DNA of 63,919 nucleotides, the filler included, from Globobulimina sp. (lineage: Eukaryota), in assembly GCA_003354225.1 (NCBI GenBank). It is 35 parts of 35 records of this genome, joined end to end, with 100 filler letters (N's around TTAATTAATTAA, not from the genome) between each part and the next. Parts side by side here need not be neighbours in the genome. Positions count along the whole stretch, not along the records: positions 60,365 to 62,092 come from PIVH01012644.1; positions 62,193 to 63,919 come from PIVH01012645.1; 33 more parts are not named here. One strand, 5' to 3'. Within the stretch, counting starts at the first letter, position 1, and each line of letters begins with the position of its first letter. Under the pieces are notes generated by a model, which was not told the DNA's origin, did not search any database, and saw only the letters and a list, made by a program, of their open reading frames with translations. Below are positions 61,421 to 63,919 of the stretch, piece after piece. Both the position numbers and the translations under genes were made by a program.

Positions 61421-62092
61421 ATGGCAGAGCAAATCCAATTGACATGGAAGCCACTCACATACAACAAAAATAGCAAACCATCCAAACGCAATTCTCACAG
61501 TACATGCAGCGATACTAAGAATCACAAGATATATTTATTTGGAGGTCGTAGTAAAGGCGGAGCAAACAATAATTTGTATGTACTATGCAATGACAAATTA
61601 GACAAAGGATGGAAACTAATAAAAGACATAAAAGGAGATATCCCCTCAGCACGCATGGATAGTGCATTAGCAATAATTAATGATAAACTATTCTTATTTG
61701 GTGGCAACAATATGAATAAAATATTAAATGACTTTTATTGTTACAACATTCTAAACAATGAATGGATAAATTTAAGCAACAAAACAAAAGGCAGTGCACC
61801 AACAGTACGCGATAGACATTCATTAACAACCATCCATAACAAATTATATTTATTTGGTGGTTCAGGACAAACAGACAAATATCTGAATGATTTATACGTT
61901 TTTGATCCAAAAACATTAATTTGGACACCGATTTATACCAAAAATACACCAGACCCGCGATATCAACATTGCTCCGCAGCACTTAATAGTTTTTTAATTA
62001 TATCTTGCGGCAAAAACGAGCATGGCGGTTTGTTTGATTTCTGGTTGTTAGACACCTCACAGATTCATATTGCGAACAACACAAACAACACT
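61421..62092 (+). CDS. Kelch-repeat protein, 3' truncated
   Basis: Repeated P..R..H...YLFGG...ND...W units. Confidence 0.9.
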
Positions 62093-62192
62093 NNNNNNNN
62101 NNNNNNNNNNNNNNNNNNNNNNNNNNNNNNNNNNNNTTAATTAATTAANNNNNNNNNNNNNNNNNNNNNNNNNNNNNNNNNNNNNNNNNNNN

Positions 62193-63250
62193 GCTTGATT
62201 AAAATCATCGACAAACCATTGTGAAACTAAAAAATTTATCCCAGGATCAACATCACCATTAAACACCATCGTATATAAATTATCATCCATTTCCCACATT
62301 GACTCATAAAGCCACTTCTCATTATCATATATTACTAAATCATCATATTGTAATGTATCTGAACATATATTCCATTCTACATTATCTAAATCTGATCTTA
62401 TATGTATTGCTGAACGAACATCTCTTCTGTTTAAATAATTATAGGCTCCATTCGAGTTAATACAGATTACATTTACCTGATCATATGCATGATAGCAACA
62501 CATATCATTACCGCATTGTAAACTCGTTCATTATCCTTTGTCACGATTTTGCAATGCAGTAATCCTCATATTGCACAAAAATAGTAAAAGCAAATAATAT
62601 GCTTAGATTTATGTAACATTTTATAGTACCTCCTCATCCACGCCATAAACATCATCCATTGCAGCTTTGAAATATTCATTTTTATTTTTTAAACGATTAT
62701 ACATTATATTCATAGCACGCGAATACTCCCCATCAGCATTCAAAGTCAATGCAGCATCATTATGTCGGTAACAATCAACAATCCAATCATAAACATTAAT
62801 AGATCCATCAAACTGAGTCTGCGTTGCTTGTGCCACCAATCTTGCGCAAAATGTATTTGGTGGATCACCAAAATGGCAGGACTCGCGAGTATATGGTTCA
62901 TCACAGCATTGTTTGAGCATTGTTCTCCATTTCTGCTCAAATATCCATCCGTGGTGATATTGATACCACATATCTGAATTAACAAACTGTTCACTCCCAC
63001 CACAACCCGCTGGGTCACCAACGGCAAACGCTTTTAAATTTATTGTAATGTTTGCTTCTTTGTTTTGGTTCCCAACCATGATTCGTTTGCTTGTCACAGG
63101 AACCTGTGTTTATACATAATATCAGCAGTATTTATGCGAATGAATATATTTTATTCACGACGAGGACTTAACATATACGCCAGCATAACTTTCACCCATT
63201 ATAAAAAACGCGTTGTTGGCATACATTGGGCACGTGTCGATTTGACGGAT
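62193..63250 (-). CDS. Serine carboxypeptidase (S10), multi-exon, partial; exon joins partly unresolved
   Basis: FFIMGESYAGVY|VP across an intron, INLKAFAVGDP, YLNRRDVRSAIH, WNICS, VFNGDVD. Confidence 0.78.
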
Positions 63251-63919
63251 TTTATTCACCTATATATTGACTAAAACATGGAGCTTTCGGTGAATTTGCT
63301 TCAAACTTAGCACACATACTTATTGGAGCTTTATGAAGATCTCACATGAATATTGGAGAAATTCGTGGTCAGGATCCCATGGTAAAGGCACCATGTTTCG
63401 GCAGCTAAATGTGTGGACTTTGAACGAATATTTTTGAAAAAACTTTTGGAAAAAGAGAAAAAATGAAACAACACAAAATAAATTATTGAAATAAATACAA
63501 GACATTAAATAAACATATATATTGTTATTTATTCACTGTGCAAACTTGTGTTTTTTTGAGATCGATACTGGTTTTTTGTTTTGATATTTCTTTTCTTTTC
63601 TTACATTGCCAAAATTCTATAGAAATAATTCCTTAATATGTTGGGCCATTTAATTCCAAATCCCTACTTTAGCCAATTTTTGAACATGAATAAAATGTGT
63701 TTGTCATCATAAAATGTATCCAAATCCTCCACAATATCCGACCCAGTGTCTTTGGGAAATTCTGTGCGGCCTCGCCTTGAAATAATATGCTTTCCATCAC
63801 TCCAAATAAACCTTTTTTTAATACTCAAAATTCTATCAACAAACATGAAACAAAAATAAATTAATTAACTTATTTAGCGGCAAAAATAGTTGTTGTTGCC
63901 GAATATGCCTTCTTTTTTG

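Overview
This is not a contiguous locus. It is 35 unrelated short contigs of 1731 down to 1727 bp, sorted by decreasing length and joined by a 100-nt artificial spacer (N44-TTAATTAATTAA-N44). Only neighbours within one contig are physically linked. The DNA is an AT-rich, gene-dense eukaryotic nuclear genome using the standard code, with short GT-AG introns (mostly 35-90 nt) and head-to-head gene pairs only about 55-70 bp apart. The overall style suggests a rhizarian protist, possibly a foraminiferan (inference). Recognisable genes, mostly partial, include a CRE-like non-LTR retrotransposon, MFS transporters, MRPL47, chitin synthase, GLRX3, selenoprotein K (UGA-recoded, cut short by the ORF track), a C2H2 transcription factor, ATXR3/SDG2, dynein-2 heavy chain, secernin, PPR-Smr, syntaxin 18, bacterial-type uxuA, a PTPMT1-like phosphatase, an ABCB half transporter, a tyrosinase-like protein and an S10 carboxypeptidase. 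The best candidate novelty is a complete three-exon gene (7403-8786) for an N-terminally Gly2-bearing globin-RGS fusion, a putative heme-based gas sensor coupled to G-protein signalling. Also notable are a cyanophage-like psbA/terminator/ORF cassette joined to a host SAM-domain gene, an AGC pseudokinase-VWA fusion, several enzymes with altered catalytic residues, and a shared family of foldback/MITE-like repeats. All calls come from motif reading by eye; no database searches were run.
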